Assembly: GCA_041576975.1 (NCBI GenBank)
Contig: JBFGJY010000004.1
Span: forward strand, 7,361-71,360
DNA: 64,000 nt
From: Gammaproteobacteria bacterium
GTDB lineage: Bacteria > Pseudomonadota > Gammaproteobacteria > UBA4575
Reading direction: 5' to 3'
How positions within the stretch are numbered: the stretch's first letter is position 1; each line of letters starts with the position of its first letter. A program made the translations under genes and the position numbers. Of the stretch, positions 19,911 to 31,322 are shown one piece after another. The notes beneath the pieces were generated by a model, which was not told the origin of the DNA, searched no databases, and was given only the letters and a program-made list of their open reading frames with translations.

Positions 19911-21839
19911 ATGGGTAAGATAATTGGTATTGATTTAGGCACCACCAATTCTTGTGTGGCGGTTATGGAAGGCTCGACGCCAAAAGTCATCGAAAATAGT
20001 GAGGGGGACCGCACGACACCATCTATTGTCGCTTTTACCGATGATAGTGAAGTCTTAGTTGGTCAAGCCGCTAAACGTCAATCGGTTACTAATCCTAATA
20101 ATACCCTATATGCAATCAAACGCTTGATTGGTCGTCGCTTCGATGAAGAAGCAGTGCAAAAAGACATCAAACTTGTGCCTTATAAGATTATTAAGGCCGA
20201 TAACGGTGATGCATGGGTTGAAGTGAATGGCAAAAAAATGGCGCCGCCCGAAGTATCTGCACGCGTATTAATGAAAATGAAAAAAACTGCCGAAGAGTAT
20301 CTAGGCGAAGATGTTACGGAAGCTGTTATTACTGTACCTGCATACTTTAATGATTCACAACGACAAGCGACCAAAGATGCAGGAAAAATTGCAGGTCTCG
20401 ATGTAAAACGAATTATAAATGAGCCCACTGCTGCTGCACTTGCCTATGGAATGGACAAGAAACGCGGTGACAGCAAAATTGCTGTATATGACTTAGGTGG
20501 TGGTACCTTTGATATTTCGATAATTGAAATTGCTGAAGTTGATGGTGAGCATCAATTTGAAGTGCTGTCGACCAATGGTGACACCTTTTTAGGTGGTGAA
20601 GATTTTGACATGCGTTTAATAGATTACCTTGCAGATGAATTCAAGAAAGACCAAGGTTTCGATCTACACAATGATCCACTTGCTTTACAACGATTAAAAG
20701 AAGCTGCGGAGAAAGCAAAAATTGAATTGTCTTCAGGTCAGCAGACAGAAGTGAATCTTCCTTATATAACGGCAGATCAATCAGGTCCCAAACATCTCAA
20801 TATCAAACTCACACGTGCCAAATTGGAAGCATTGGTAGATGAATTGGTACAACGCACGATTGCTCCATGTAAACAAGCATTACAAGATGCAGGGTTGTCT
20901 GCATCCGATATCAACAATGTAATCTTGGTGGGTGGTCAAACGCGTATGCCTAAAGTGCAACAAGTGGTGCAAGACTTTTTTGGCAAGGAACCACGCAAAG
21001 ATGTAAATCCAGACGAAGCCGTTGCGGTAGGTGCAGCGATTCAAGCGGGTGTTTTAGGTGGTGATGTCAAAGATGTCTTATTGCTCGATGTCACACCACT
21101 ATCGCTAGGTATTGAAACTATGGGTGGAGTAATGACTAAGCTTATCGAGAAAAACACAACTATTCCGACCAATGCACAGCAAGTGTTTTCTACTGCAGAA
21201 AATAATCAAACCGCGGTTACTGTGCATGTGTTACAAGGTGAACGTGAGCAAGCATCTGCAAATAAATCATTAGGTCGCTTTGACCTGAGTGATATTCCGC
21301 CTGCACCACGTGGTGTGCCACAAATTGAAGTATCGTTTGATATCGATGCCAACGGTATACTCAATGTTTCAGCAAAAGATAAAGCGACCGGTAAAGAGCA
21401 GTCAATAGTCATCAAAGCCTCCAGTGGCTTATCCGATGATGAAGTCGATAAGATGGTTAAGGATGCAGAAGCACATGCCGAGGAAGATAAGAAGTTTGCT
21501 GAGCTTGTTACTGTGCGTAATCAGGCTGATCAAATGATCCATGCAACTGAAAAATCGCTTGAAGAGATGGGTGCAAAAGTTGAACAAGATGAGCGCATGC
21601 AAATTGAGAATGCGATTAAGGATCTCAAATCTGTTTTAGATAAAGATGATAAAGACGTTATCGAAACTAAAACGCAAGCGCTTGCGCAAGCATCGGGTAA
21701 ACTCGCGGAACGCATGTATGCACAATCGGATGCAGGCGCAACTGCGGGAGCAACTAGTGATGCGACAGGTGATTCCGGTTCTTCTGACGATGATGTAGTC
21801 GATGCTGAATTTGAAGAAGTAGATGATAAAAAATCCTAG
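19911..21839 (+). CDS. dnaK: Chaperone DnaK (Hsp70)
   Basis: The N-terminus reads [17 protein letters not shown] and the protein is 642 aa. The RBS is GGAGAT. Confidence 0.97.
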   Translation: MGKIIGIDLGTTNSCVAVMEGSTPKVIENSEGDRTTPSIVAFTDDSEVLVGQAAKRQSVTNPNNTLYAIKRLIGRRFDEEAVQKDIKLVPYKIIKADNGDAWVEVNGKKMAPPEVSARVLMKMKKTAEEYLGEDVTEAVITVPAYFNDSQRQATKDAGKIAGLDVKRIINEPTAAALAYGMDKKRGDSKIAVYDLGGGTFDISIIEIAEVDGEHQFEVLSTNGDTFLGGEDFDMRLIDYLADEFKKDQGFDLHNDPLALQRLKEAAEKAKIELSSGQQTEVNLPYITADQSGPKHLNIKLTRAKLEALVDELVQRTIAPCKQALQDAGLSASDINNVILVGGQTRMPKVQQVVQDFFGKEPRKDVNPDEAVAVGAAIQAGVLGGDVKDVLLLDVTPLSLGIETMGGVMTKLIEKNTTIPTNAQQVFSTAENNQTAVTVHVLQGEREQASANKSLGRFDLSDIPPAPRGVPQIEVSFDIDANGILNVSAKDKATGKEQSIVIKASSGLSDDEVDKMVKDAEAHAEEDKKFAELVTVRNQADQMIHATEKSLEEMGAKVEQDERMQIENAIKDLKSVLDKDDKDVIETKTQALAQASGKLAERMYAQSDAGATAGATSDATGDSGSSDDDVVDAEFEEVDDKKS

Positions 21840-21950
21840 GTTGCATTTTATGCATAGTGAGCACGTAATGTGTATTTTGTAAATGTAAATACCGATGTAA
21901 TTAAAATCTACTACTTTAGGAAAATTTTAGAGTAGCAATGCATCATAACT

Positions 21951-21985
21951 AGTCCGAGCTCGTGTAAACGACTCGGACTTTTTAT
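21951..21985 (+). terminator. Intrinsic terminator/attenuator hairpin between dnaK and dnaJ
   Basis: An 8-bp stem (AGTCCGAG…CTCGGACT) with a 13-nt loop is followed by TTTTATTTATTT. It ends 14 nt before the dnaJ ATG. Confidence 0.6.
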
Positions 21986-21998
21986 TTATTTGGATACG

Positions 21999-23123
21999 AT
22001 GGAAAAAAAAGATTATTACGAAGTCCTCGGTGTTGATCGTTCGATTACTGAGGATGATTTAAAAAAAACCTACCGCCGCTTAGCGATGAAATATCATCCA
22101 GATCGTAATCCGGGAGATCATAAGGCTGAGCAAAAGTTTAAAGAAGCTAAAGAAGCCTACGAAGTTTTGGGAGATAAACAAAAGCGCCAAGCCTATGACC
22201 AGTTTGGTCATGCTGGTGTGCAAGGAGGTGCAGCGGGTAGCAGTACAGATTTCGGTGACATCTTTGGTGATATATTTGGAGATATCTTTGGTGGTGGCCG
22301 GCGTTCTTCGCAACGCGTGTACCGCGGAGCAGATCTTCAATATGATCTTGAAATTAGTCTTGAAGAAGCGGTATTTGGTACAGAGTCTACAATTGAGATT
22401 CCAAGACAAACAGCTTGTGAAAAATGTGATGGCACAGGTGCAGCACCAGGTACCAATATAGAAACCTGTGAAACTTGTGGTGGTATGGGACAAGTCCGTA
22501 TGCAACAAGGTTTCTTCTCGATTCAACAAACATGTCCACGTTGTCGTGGCAAAGGCAAAACGATTCGCGTTCCTTGTGATTATTGTCGAGGCAGTGGGCT
22601 AACGCGTTCGAGCAAAAAACTTTCCGTTAAAGTTCCAGCAGGAGTGGATACTGGAGATCGAATACGTTTATCGGGTGAAGGAGAAGCAGGCGCTAATAAC
22701 GGCCCTCCAGGGGATCTTTACGTGCAGGTATATGTCCGAGCACATGGATTATTCACTAGAGAAGATAATAATCTGCATTGCGAAGTACCTATTGGTTTCA
22801 ATATGGCTGCTCTTGGTGGTGATGTGGAAGTGCCAACACTAAAAGGTAAGGTGAAATTAAAAATTCCAGCTGAAACACAGACAGGCCGATTATTTCGATT
22901 ACGAGGTAAGGGAGTAAAGCCAGTACGTGGTGGTGCTGTTGGTGATATGTTGTGCACCATAGTAGTAGAAACGCCTGTCAATTTAACCAAGCAACAAAAA
23001 GAGCTATTGAAACAGTTTGCAAAAGATGTCGAAAAGGGCGGAGATCGACATAGTCCACGTTCTCATACGTGGACAGATAATGTGAAGAACTTCTTTGATG
23101 ATCTTAAATTCTGGTCAGATTGA
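21999..23123 (+). CDS. dnaJ: Chaperone DnaJ (Hsp40)
   Basis: The J-domain (KDYYEVLGV…HPDRN), a G/F-rich region and four CxxCxGxG zinc-finger repeats are present. The start is taken at the conserved MEKKDYY. ORF 21990 begins at a TTG inside the terminator T-tract. Confidence 0.93.
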   Translation: MEKKDYYEVLGVDRSITEDDLKKTYRRLAMKYHPDRNPGDHKAEQKFKEAKEAYEVLGDKQKRQAYDQFGHAGVQGGAAGSSTDFGDIFGDIFGDIFGGGRRSSQRVYRGADLQYDLEISLEEAVFGTESTIEIPRQTACEKCDGTGAAPGTNIETCETCGGMGQVRMQQGFFSIQQTCPRCRGKGKTIRVPCDYCRGSGLTRSSKKLSVKVPAGVDTGDRIRLSGEGEAGANNGPPGDLYVQVYVRAHGLFTREDNNLHCEVPIGFNMAALGGDVEVPTLKGKVKLKIPAETQTGRLFRLRGKGVKPVRGGAVGDMLCTIVVETPVNLTKQQKELLKQFAKDVEKGGDRHSPRSHTWTDNVKNFFDDLKFWSD

Positions 23124-23237
23124 ACTGATCAAATTTAACATGGAACTTTTGTCCTAATACGGTGTTGTAATATTTTCTGCGATGCTCATTTACGTATTGT
23201 AAACTCCGCTACTCGTAAACATCACACTTTGTCTTAT

Positions 23238-23326
23238 GTACAAGAAGTACTGTATGCTGGTTTTGCAGGAACAAAATCAAATTTGCTATACAAGAAGTAT
23301 TGAATGTCAGTTTTGCAGGAATAAAA
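23238..23326 (+). promoter_or_regulatory. Two ~39-bp direct repeats (ATACAAGAAGTAyTGwATGycrGTTTTGCAGGAAyAAAA) on a 50-bp period, upstream of dapB
   Basis: The copies are 23238..23276 and 23288..23326, with about 33 of 39 nt identical. The pair ends 58 nt before the dapB ATG. Confidence 0.5.
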
Positions 23327-23384
23327 AACCGGCGGGAGCAATATTTACAATTTTCTTGGCCGCTATTAACTAGGAAGAACTTGA

Positions 23385-24185
<801 letters not shown>

Positions 24186-24280
24186 TCCTGTTACTTATAA
24201 AAACTCTTTCATTTATCAGCTATTCCATTCAGTTGGGTGTTTAGTAGATAGTTTTTATATACATTTGCTACTAGGTTTTA

Positions 24281-24808
24281 GTGGCTATGCTGCTATCACT
24301 TCGTAAATCATTACAAGATTTCTTCGTATTCACGAATGGCTATTCGGCTTTGAATTTTGTGCCAGAAGAAAATGTTTTTATGCCAAGTTGGTCTATGGAT
24401 TTGATTCGATCTTTAGTACATGAAGGTTTCAAAGAATTATGTGCAGGATATTTTGAAGAGAAATGCTATCGTGCCAAATTAAATACACAGCATGACAAAA
24501 AATTAGCCGATATATGGTTATTTAAAGAAAGTTATTCGAGTATAAAACCATTTGGTATGATTAAATGTTGGGGAACGAAAGCCATCTCTGTAGACAGTAA
24601 TAATTTAAACGAGTTTTCAAAAATAATCGCTAAAAACAACATACCACTGGGAGTCTTTATTACTGCTGGAAAGTTTTCTACGCAAGCTAATAAAAATATT
24701 ACCAAGAAGCTAAAACTGGTTGATGGAGTAAAACTGCTTACACTAATAGAAGCTTTGCCTGAGATCAGAAAACAAAGGCTGTTAGTAAAATTAACACAGT
24801 CAACATAA
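24281..24808 (+). CDS. Small protein with a restriction-endonuclease-like (Mrr_cat, PD-(D/E)xK) fold
   Basis: 175 aa. The layout matches Mrr catalytic-domain order: …LADIWLF…(E)…GMIKCWGTKAISV…LGVFITAGKFSTQA…LVDGVKLLTLI, corresponding to D…(Q/E)xK…'ittg.ft..A'…'lidg..l'. Confidence 0.55.
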   Translation: MAMLLSLRKSLQDFFVFTNGYSALNFVPEENVFMPSWSMDLIRSLVHEGFKELCAGYFEEKCYRAKLNTQHDKKLADIWLFKESYSSIKPFGMIKCWGTKAISVDSNNLNEFSKIIAKNNIPLGVFITAGKFSTQANKNITKKLKLVDGVKLLTLIEALPEIRKQRLLVKLTQST

Positions 24809-25049
24809 TCTTCTTATAAACATTCAGAATCTGAATATAAATTCTACTATTGTCATTCAATATAGATCATATATTCAGATATAAACTTTGTTTAATCTTC
24901 ATTAGCTATCAGTGTTTTTTTATAACGATCAAGTGTTTAGTGAATATAGACACTCTTTTTGATAACTGATCTATATTGTCCGATGCAAGGTTAACTGATA
25001 AAACATAAACTTCATCCACTCAAATACTAATCTGGTGAGGTAGCAGTCA

Positions 25050-25409
25050 ATGGCACTTAACTATGCAATTTTAATCATCTCTGGTTTTTTTGTGGGAATT
25101 GGCGCCTCATTTACGGGTCTTGGTGGCGGATTCCTCATGGTGCCATTACTGGTTACACTTGGCTATTCCGCACAAAAAGCAGTTGGCACCTCTTTTTTAG
25201 CAATTTTAATTATTTCGATATCTGCACTTGTGGCCCATGCAAAACTTGCGAATGTTGATTATCGAGTTGCCATTGCTCTAGGTGTGGGTGGAATTTTAGG
25301 TGCACAAATTGGGCCACATCTTCTCGAACATGCCTCGACGGCAAATTTTAAAAAGATTTTTGCGTTTATCCTGATTGGTCTAGCTGCTTATCTGTTTTTT
25401 CAAAAATGA
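25050..25409 (+). CDS. TauE/SafE (DUF81) family membrane protein, half-size (119 aa, 4 TM). It is either a split-transporter subunit or a gene remnant.
   Basis: The motifs GIGASFTGLGGGFLMVPLL and AVGTSFLAIL are typical of TauE/SafE repeats. Full-length members are about 250 aa with two such repeats. Confidence 0.6.
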   Translation: MALNYAILIISGFFVGIGASFTGLGGGFLMVPLLVTLGYSAQKAVGTSFLAILIISISALVAHAKLANVDYRVAIALGVGGILGAQIGPHLLEHASTANFKKIFAFILIGLAAYLFFQK

Positions 25410-25419
25410 CCCTAAAAAA

Positions 25420-25740
25420 ATGACAATAAAAAAAGACGAAGATGGGTTTTTGTTAGATCCGGATGACTGGAATGAGGTAGTGGCGATAGAAATTGCAAAA
25501 TCAGAAAATCTGAACCTAACGGATGAGCATTGGAGGCTGATTCATTTAATTCGTAATTACTATTATGAGCACAGTTCAGTTCCAGAATTAAGGAAAATCC
25601 TCAAACAATTAAAATCCAAACTAGGAAAAGAAAAGGCAACAAGAAAATATGTATATGCATTATTTCCATATGGCTACGACCAACAAGGTTGCAAAATTGC
25701 AGGGATGAGGCAACTCAAGAAACTATGGTTGGATCTGTAG
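25420..25740 (+). CDS. TusE/DsrC-family protein lacking the conserved C-terminal cysteine
   Basis: 106 aa. The match to E. coli TusE is strong (EHWRLIHLIRNYYYEHSSVP, YVYALFPYGYDQQGCKIAG versus [20 protein letters not shown]). The protein ends …KLWLDL, with no penultimate Cys. The gene is 10 nt downstream of the TauE-like gene. Confidence 0.7.
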   Translation: MTIKKDEDGFLLDPDDWNEVVAIEIAKSENLNLTDEHWRLIHLIRNYYYEHSSVPELRKILKQLKSKLGKEKATRKYVYALFPYGYDQQGCKIAGMRQLKKLWLDL

Positions 25741-26833
25741 GGTAGATGATTTATTTTTTTGAATGACTGCTAACGACCCAAAGCGGACATTCGCGCATAC
25801 AAAATAACTTTCTACAAAGGTGGCGTTTGAAAGCTACTGCGATTTTCTTCCCAAATCATTATTAAGTCTGTATTTCCACCATCACTTACAGAACAACGTG
25901 AACGCAATTGATGGAATCTTAAATCTCCAAGTGTATTGCTTGTTTTAACAAATTAAACTGGCTTAAATGATCGTATAGCTGGCAATCCACATAGGCAACC
26001 TGATCGCTTCTGATATCACTTAGTGTGCGGATATAAATTGTGAACTCAGAATTGCGCTGAGATTATTGTCTAACTTACTAATAACAACACACAAAGCCGT
26101 AACACAATGAAGAACTACATAAGTACCATAGATCACTATCTAGCATTTCTAGGCGCAATCATTCTTTTTATAATCTTATAATCCTTTAATCAAGTATCTA
26201 TTCTTCACTGGTTCATTCTTGTGGGTAGGTACTGCCATCTTAATAGCATAGATATTGGGTGGATATGTCTTAACTAATTTCATTTGCGAACCACAACAAA
26301 TTTCTTTGTTATTTAAACGAGTTATCGTTCGTGTCTGGTTGCACCATAAGCACGCGTACGTATAAGTTGACATGGGACGTTCCTTTGCCTCAGGTCTCTT
26401 AGAGGAACCCTTAGAGGCTTAATCACTAATACTTAGTGATTCTATTAGGCAAAGATGGCACATATTGTGACGCGATTAACTCTTTAAGGCAGATGCTACT
26501 TACAGGTGCAGACAGTCATCATCTAAATTGAACCGTCCGTTTCTGCCCGTGAGCAGACATTCAAATAATATTGTTCTGATAGGGATCGGGTTGGACGGTC
26601 AGGTGCCGGCGAGCGTCTAGTGGAGTGCTTTTAGAATTTTTACCGAACTGCTATTCAGAATCTAGGTTAATTCAGTTAAAGTGATTTCTTAACAAGTATC
26701 AGTATCACACTCGTACTACAAAAAATCTCACTGCGTTGCATATAAGTTGTGCAATATCCCTAAATCTTAGTTTCACCAGTATCGTGAGTTGAGTACAATC
26801 CTCTCGGTCAACCAACAGCATCATATCATTCAT

Positions 26834-26866
26834 AACGGGACGGCCTATTTGGACGTCCCGTTTTTA
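26834..26866 (+). terminator. Terminator-like hairpin with a T-tract (AACGGGACG-loop-CGTCCCGTT-TTTT) immediately upstream of the carA RBS and start. It is a putative attenuator.
   Basis: A 9-bp perfect stem, an 11-nt loop and a T-run are followed by GGAGG (26876..26880) and the TTG start at 26888. Confidence 0.55.
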
Positions 26867-26887
26867 CGTGTACCTGGAGGAAATTGA

Positions 26888-28030
26888 TTGAGCGCACAAC
26901 CCGCCTTGCTGGCCTTGGAAGACGGCAGTCTTTTCTGGGGAAAATCTATTGGCGCAACAGGTATTGCGGTAGGGGAAGTCGTTTTCAATACTTCTATGAC
27001 AGGTTACCAAGAAATTCTAACGGATCCGTCTTATACCAAACAAATTATCACCTTAACCTACCCACATATTGGAAATGTAGGCACAAATTCAGAGGATCAA
27101 GAATCTGCGCGTGTCTATGCAAGTGGATTGGTTATTCGTGACCTACCTGAGCAATTGAGCAACTGGCGACATCAATCTAGTTTAGAAACCTACCTCAAAC
27201 ATCAGTATGTAGTAGCCATTGCGGATATTGATACGCGGCGGCTTACTCGTATTTTGCGAGAGAAAGGTGCGCAAAATGGCGCTATTGTCATAGGCGAATT
27301 AGATGAACGCGTTGCGTTAGAAGCAGCAAAAAATTTTCCTGGGTTAAAAGGCATGGATCTGGCTAAAGAGGTCACGACGAGTAAAGCATATATGTGGAAT
27401 GAAGGCTGTTGGTCGCTTGGTATGGGATATCAAGCCAAGCCGTCGAGTAAAAAGTTTTCGGTTTTGGCCTATGACTTTGGCGTGAAGCGAAACATCTTAC
27501 GTATCCTCCATGATTATGGGTGTGAGATTGAAGTGGTTCCTGCAACAACACCAGCAACAGTGGTATTCAACAAACAACCAAATGGTGTATTTCTTTCAAA
27601 TGGCCCTGGTGACCCTGAACCATGTAATTATGCGATCGAAATAATTAGAGAAATTGTAGATCAAGGCGTGCCAACATTTGGAATTTGCTTAGGCCATCAA
27701 CTGCTTGGTCTAGCCTGTGGTGCTAAAACCATCAAAATGAAATTTGGTCATCATGGTGCCAATCATCCTGTACAAGACTTAGCTACCGGCGCAGTAATGA
27801 TTAGTAGTCAAAACCATGGATTTGCAGTCGATGAAGGTTCACTGCCTAATTGTTTACAAGCTACGCATCGTTCTTTGTTTGATCATTCTTTGCAAGGTAT
27901 TCGACATACAGAAAAGCCTGCATATAGCTTTCAAGGTCATCCCGAAGCCAGCCCCGGACCGCATGATGTAAGACCGCTGTTTGATCAATTTATACAAATG
28001 ATGAATAGCTATAAAGACTTACGAAAATAA
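26888..28030 (+). CDS. carA: Carbamoyl-phosphate synthase small (glutaminase) subunit
   Basis: The match to E. coli CarA is near-colinear throughout (…[19 protein letters not shown]…, the GICLGHQLL catalytic Cys, HGANHPV). The start is TTG with a GGAGG RBS. Confidence 0.95.
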   Translation: MSAQPALLALEDGSLFWGKSIGATGIAVGEVVFNTSMTGYQEILTDPSYTKQIITLTYPHIGNVGTNSEDQESARVYASGLVIRDLPEQLSNWRHQSSLETYLKHQYVVAIADIDTRRLTRILREKGAQNGAIVIGELDERVALEAAKNFPGLKGMDLAKEVTTSKAYMWNEGCWSLGMGYQAKPSSKKFSVLAYDFGVKRNILRILHDYGCEIEVVPATTPATVVFNKQPNGVFLSNGPGDPEPCNYAIEIIREIVDQGVPTFGICLGHQLLGLACGAKTIKMKFGHHGANHPVQDLATGAVMISSQNHGFAVDEGSLPNCLQATHRSLFDHSLQGIRHTEKPAYSFQGHPEASPGPHDVRPLFDQFIQMMNSYKDLRK

Positions 28031-28033
28031 TTC

Positions 28034-31000
28034 ATGCCTAAACGAACCGACATACAAAGCATATTGATAATTGGTGCAGGGCCAATTGTTATTGGTCAGG
28101 CATGTGAGTTTGATTATTCCGGTGTACAAGCTTGTAAGGCGTTAAAGGAAGAGGGTTACCGTGTCATATTAGTTAATTCAAATCCAGCCACCATTATGAC
28201 GGACCCAGAAATAGCCGATGCGATTTATATCGAACCGATTATTTGGCAAACCGTTGCAGAAATAATAGCAAAAGAACGACCCGATGTTTTGTTGCCTACT
28301 ATGGGTGGTCAAACTGCATTGAATTGTGCACTGGACTTAGATCGAGAGGGAATTTTAGAGAAATTTTCAGTTGCAATGATTGGCGCTAGCAAAGTCGCAA
28401 TTGATATGGCAGAAGATCGTGAGCTATTTCGTGAGGCAATGGATGAGATCGGTTTGCAATCTGCAAGTTCTGCGCTCGCGCATAGCCTGGAAGAGGCGAT
28501 ACAGCAACAGCCAAGACTTGGGTTTCCAACCATCATTCGACCCTCATTTACCCTAGGTGGCAGTGGTGGAGGTATCGCTTATAACATGGAAGAGTTCAAG
28601 GCCATTGTTGAACATGGTTTGGATTTGTCACCTACGACTGAGGTTTTACTTGAGGAATCGTTATTGGGTTGGAAAGAATTTGAAATGGAAGTGGTGCGTG
28701 ATCAAAATGACAACTGCATCATTATCTGTTCGATCGAAAATTTTGACCCGATGGGAGTACACACCGGGGATTCTATTACCGTCGCACCTGCACAAACTCT
28801 TACTGATAAAGAATATCAAATCATGCGTAATGCTTCGATTGAAGTATTGCGTAAAATTGGTGTTGATACAGGTGGGTCAAATGTGCAATTTGCAGTTAAT
28901 CCCAAAGATGGTCGCCTGATAATCATTGAAATGAACCCCAGAGTGTCAAGGTCGTCGGCCTTGGCATCCAAGGCAACGGGATTTCCAATTGCTAAAGTCG
29001 CTGCAAAACTTGCAGTAGGCTATACCTTAGACGAATTACAAAATGAGATTACAGGCGGCGCCACACCCGCATCATTTGAACCCAGCATTGACTATGTCGT
29101 TACAAAGATCCCACGGTTTACATTTGAAAAATTTCCACAAGCGAAAGCCAAATTGAGCACACAGATGAAATCTGTTGGTGAAGTAATGGCAATCGGTCGT
29201 ACTTTTCAAGAATCTTTTCAAAAAGCATTGCGGGGTTTAGAAATTGGGGTAGATGGTTTGGATCCAATGCATGATGAGTATGATGATGAACATCGAGTTT
29301 TACTTGAGTCGGAACTACAAGAGCCGGGCCCTCATCGAGTTTGGTTCATTGGCGATGCGTTGCGTTTAGGTTACAACCTTGACGAATTATACGCTTTGTC
29401 TGCGATTGATCCCTGGTTTCTCGCACAAATAAAACAATTGATTGACATCGAAACTGAACTTTCTGTACGTCGACTTAATGACATTGATCAAGCTTTAATG
29501 CGTAATGCAAAACGTAGGGGATTTTCAGATCGCAGACTCGCAAAGCTGTTGCAATGTAGTGAAGAGGATATACGAAATGCCAGACATTCATTAAATATAT
29601 ATCCTATTTACAAACGTGTGGATACTTGTGCAGCAGAGTTCGCTACCAGCACTGCCTATATGTATTCAAGTTATGACGAGGAGTGTGAAGCAGTGCCGAC
29701 AACAAATAAAAAAATAATTGTTTTAGGTGGCGGACCTAATCGTATTGGGCAAGGGATTGAATTTGATTACTGTTGTGTGCATGCAGCGTTTGCCTTGCGT
29801 GAGGATGGGTACGAAACCATTATGGTGAATTGTAATCCTGAAACTGTGTCGACGGACTATGACACATCGGATCGATTGTATTTTGAGCCACTGACATTAG
29901 AAGACGTACTAGAAATCGTACGTGTAGAGCAACCTGATGGTGTAATTGTGCAATTTGGTGGACAGACACCATTAAAATTGGCGCGCGATTTAGAAGCTGA
30001 AGGTGTTCCTATAATCGGGACCTCTCCAGACTCCATAGATCTTGCAGAAGATCGCGAACGATTTTTACAGTTAGTAAATCAACTTGATTTATTACAACCA
30101 CCAAATGCAACCGCGACAAGCACTAAACATGCAATTGCTGCAGCAGAAGTCATTGGTTACCCAGTCGTAGTACGCCCTTCTTATGTATTAGGAGGGCGTG
30201 CCATGGAAATTGTATACAACCAATCCGATTTAAAACGTTATATGCAAGAGGCTGTTAAAGTTTCCAATGATGCCCCAGTGCTCATCGATCGTTTTCTAGC
30301 TGATGCAGTGGAAGTCGACTTAGATGCAATTTGTGACGGTAAGCATGTATTAATTGGCGGAATCATGCAGCATATAGAACAAGCGGGCATTCATTCAGGT
30401 GACAGCGCCTGTTCATTACCACCGTACAATTTAAGTAATACTGTGCAGGATGAAATGCGAACCCAAGCACGCAAGCTTGCTCTAGCTCTGAATGTTGTTG
30501 GCTTAATGAATATTCAGTTCGCGATTAAGGATGAAAAAGTTTATCTAATTGAAGTAAATCCGCGAGCATCACGCACAGTTCCTTTTGTTTCAAAGGCTAC
30601 TGGGGCTCCTCTTGCGAAAATTGCTGCACGTTGCATGGTTGGAAGTTCGTTACAAGAACAAGGTGAATTAGCTGAACGCACACCGAAATACTATTCTGTA
30701 AAAGAGGCGGTGTTCCCGTTTATTAAATTCAGTGGTGTTGATCCAATTTTAGGGCCTGAAATGAAATCGACAGGTGAAGTCATGGGTGTAGGAGAAACAT
30801 TTGGCGAAGCATTTGGAAAATCTCAAATTGCTGCAGGTATACTATTACCAAGAGCTGGTAACGTATTATTAAGTGTGCGTAACGAAGATAAAGAACAAGC
30901 GGTAGAAATTGCTCGTCATTTGCAAAAGCTAGGGTTTGCTTTAGTTGCCACCAAGGGAACTGCAAAAATTCTGAATGACAAAGGGTTAAAATGTCGTGCA

Positions 31001-31255
31001 GTAAATAAAGTCAGGGAAGGACGACCACATATCGTGGATATGATTATTGACAGCAAGATTGATTTAATTATAAATACGACAGAAGGTAAACAAGCTATCG
31101 CAGATTCGTTTACAATTCGTAGAGAAGCTCTGCAGCATAAGGTGTGTTATACAACAACTATTGCAGGCGCTTGGGCTTTAAAAGAAGCTATGCGAAGTCG
31201 TGAACAATATCAAGTGTATCGTCTTCAAGACTTGCATTCTACTAGTCTGCATTAA
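28034..31255 (+). CDS. carB: Carbamoyl-phosphate synthase large subunit
   Basis: 1073 aa with duplicated ATP-grasp halves and a C-terminal MGS-like domain. The gene begins 3 nt after carA. Confidence 0.97.
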   Translation: MPKRTDIQSILIIGAGPIVIGQACEFDYSGVQACKALKEEGYRVILVNSNPATIMTDPEIADAIYIEPIIWQTVAEIIAKERPDVLLPTMGGQTALNCALDLDREGILEKFSVAMIGASKVAIDMAEDRELFREAMDEIGLQSASSALAHSLEEAIQQQPRLGFPTIIRPSFTLGGSGGGIAYNMEEFKAIVEHGLDLSPTTEVLLEESLLGWKEFEMEVVRDQNDNCIIICSIENFDPMGVHTGDSITVAPAQTLTDKEYQIMRNASIEVLRKIGVDTGGSNVQFAVNPKDGRLIIIEMNPRVSRSSALASKATGFPIAKVAAKLAVGYTLDELQNEITGGATPASFEPSIDYVVTKIPRFTFEKFPQAKAKLSTQMKSVGEVMAIGRTFQESFQKALRGLEIGVDGLDPMHDEYDDEHRVLLESELQEPGPHRVWFIGDALRLGYNLDELYALSAIDPWFLAQIKQLIDIETELSVRRLNDIDQALMRNAKRRGFSDRRLAKLLQCSEEDIRNARHSLNIYPIYKRVDTCAAEFATSTAYMYSSYDEECEAVPTTNKKIIVLGGGPNRIGQGIEFDYCCVHAAFALREDGYETIMVNCNPETVSTDYDTSDRLYFEPLTLEDVLEIVRVEQPDGVIVQFGGQTPLKLARDLEAEGVPIIGTSPDSIDLAEDRERFLQLVNQLDLLQPPNATATSTKHAIAAAEVIGYPVVVRPSYVLGGRAMEIVYNQSDLKRYMQEAVKVSNDAPVLIDRFLADAVEVDLDAICDGKHVLIGGIMQHIEQAGIHSGDSACSLPPYNLSNTVQDEMRTQARKLALALNVVGLMNIQFAIKDEKVYLIEVNPRASRTVPFVSKATGAPLAKIAARCMVGSSLQEQGELAERTPKYYSVKEAVFPFIKFSGVDPILGPEMKSTGEVMGVGETFGEAFGKSQIAAGILLPRAGNVLLSVRNEDKEQAVEIARHLQKLGFALVATKGTAKILNDKGLKCRAVNKVREGRPHIVDMIIDSKIDLIINTTEGKQAIADSFTIRREALQHKVCYTTTIAGAWALKEAMRSREQYQVYRLQDLHSTSLH

Positions 31256-31322
31256 TCTTAAACTTTCATTAAATGAATAATATTCGTTATGTTTTGTATT
31301 ATTGAAGTTAATTGGTCTGATT

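Noticed and set aside
26107-26187. 26-codon hydrophobic mini-ORF (MKNYISTIDHYLAFLGAIILFIIL) in the dapB-carA spacer
   Set aside because: There is no SD, it is very short, and the region is AT-rich where such frames arise by chance. It is mentioned only as a Ribo-seq check.
26884-27141. 85-aa ORF in an alternative frame at the carA 5' end
   Set aside because: It overlaps carA in another frame. carA is strongly supported by colinear homology.
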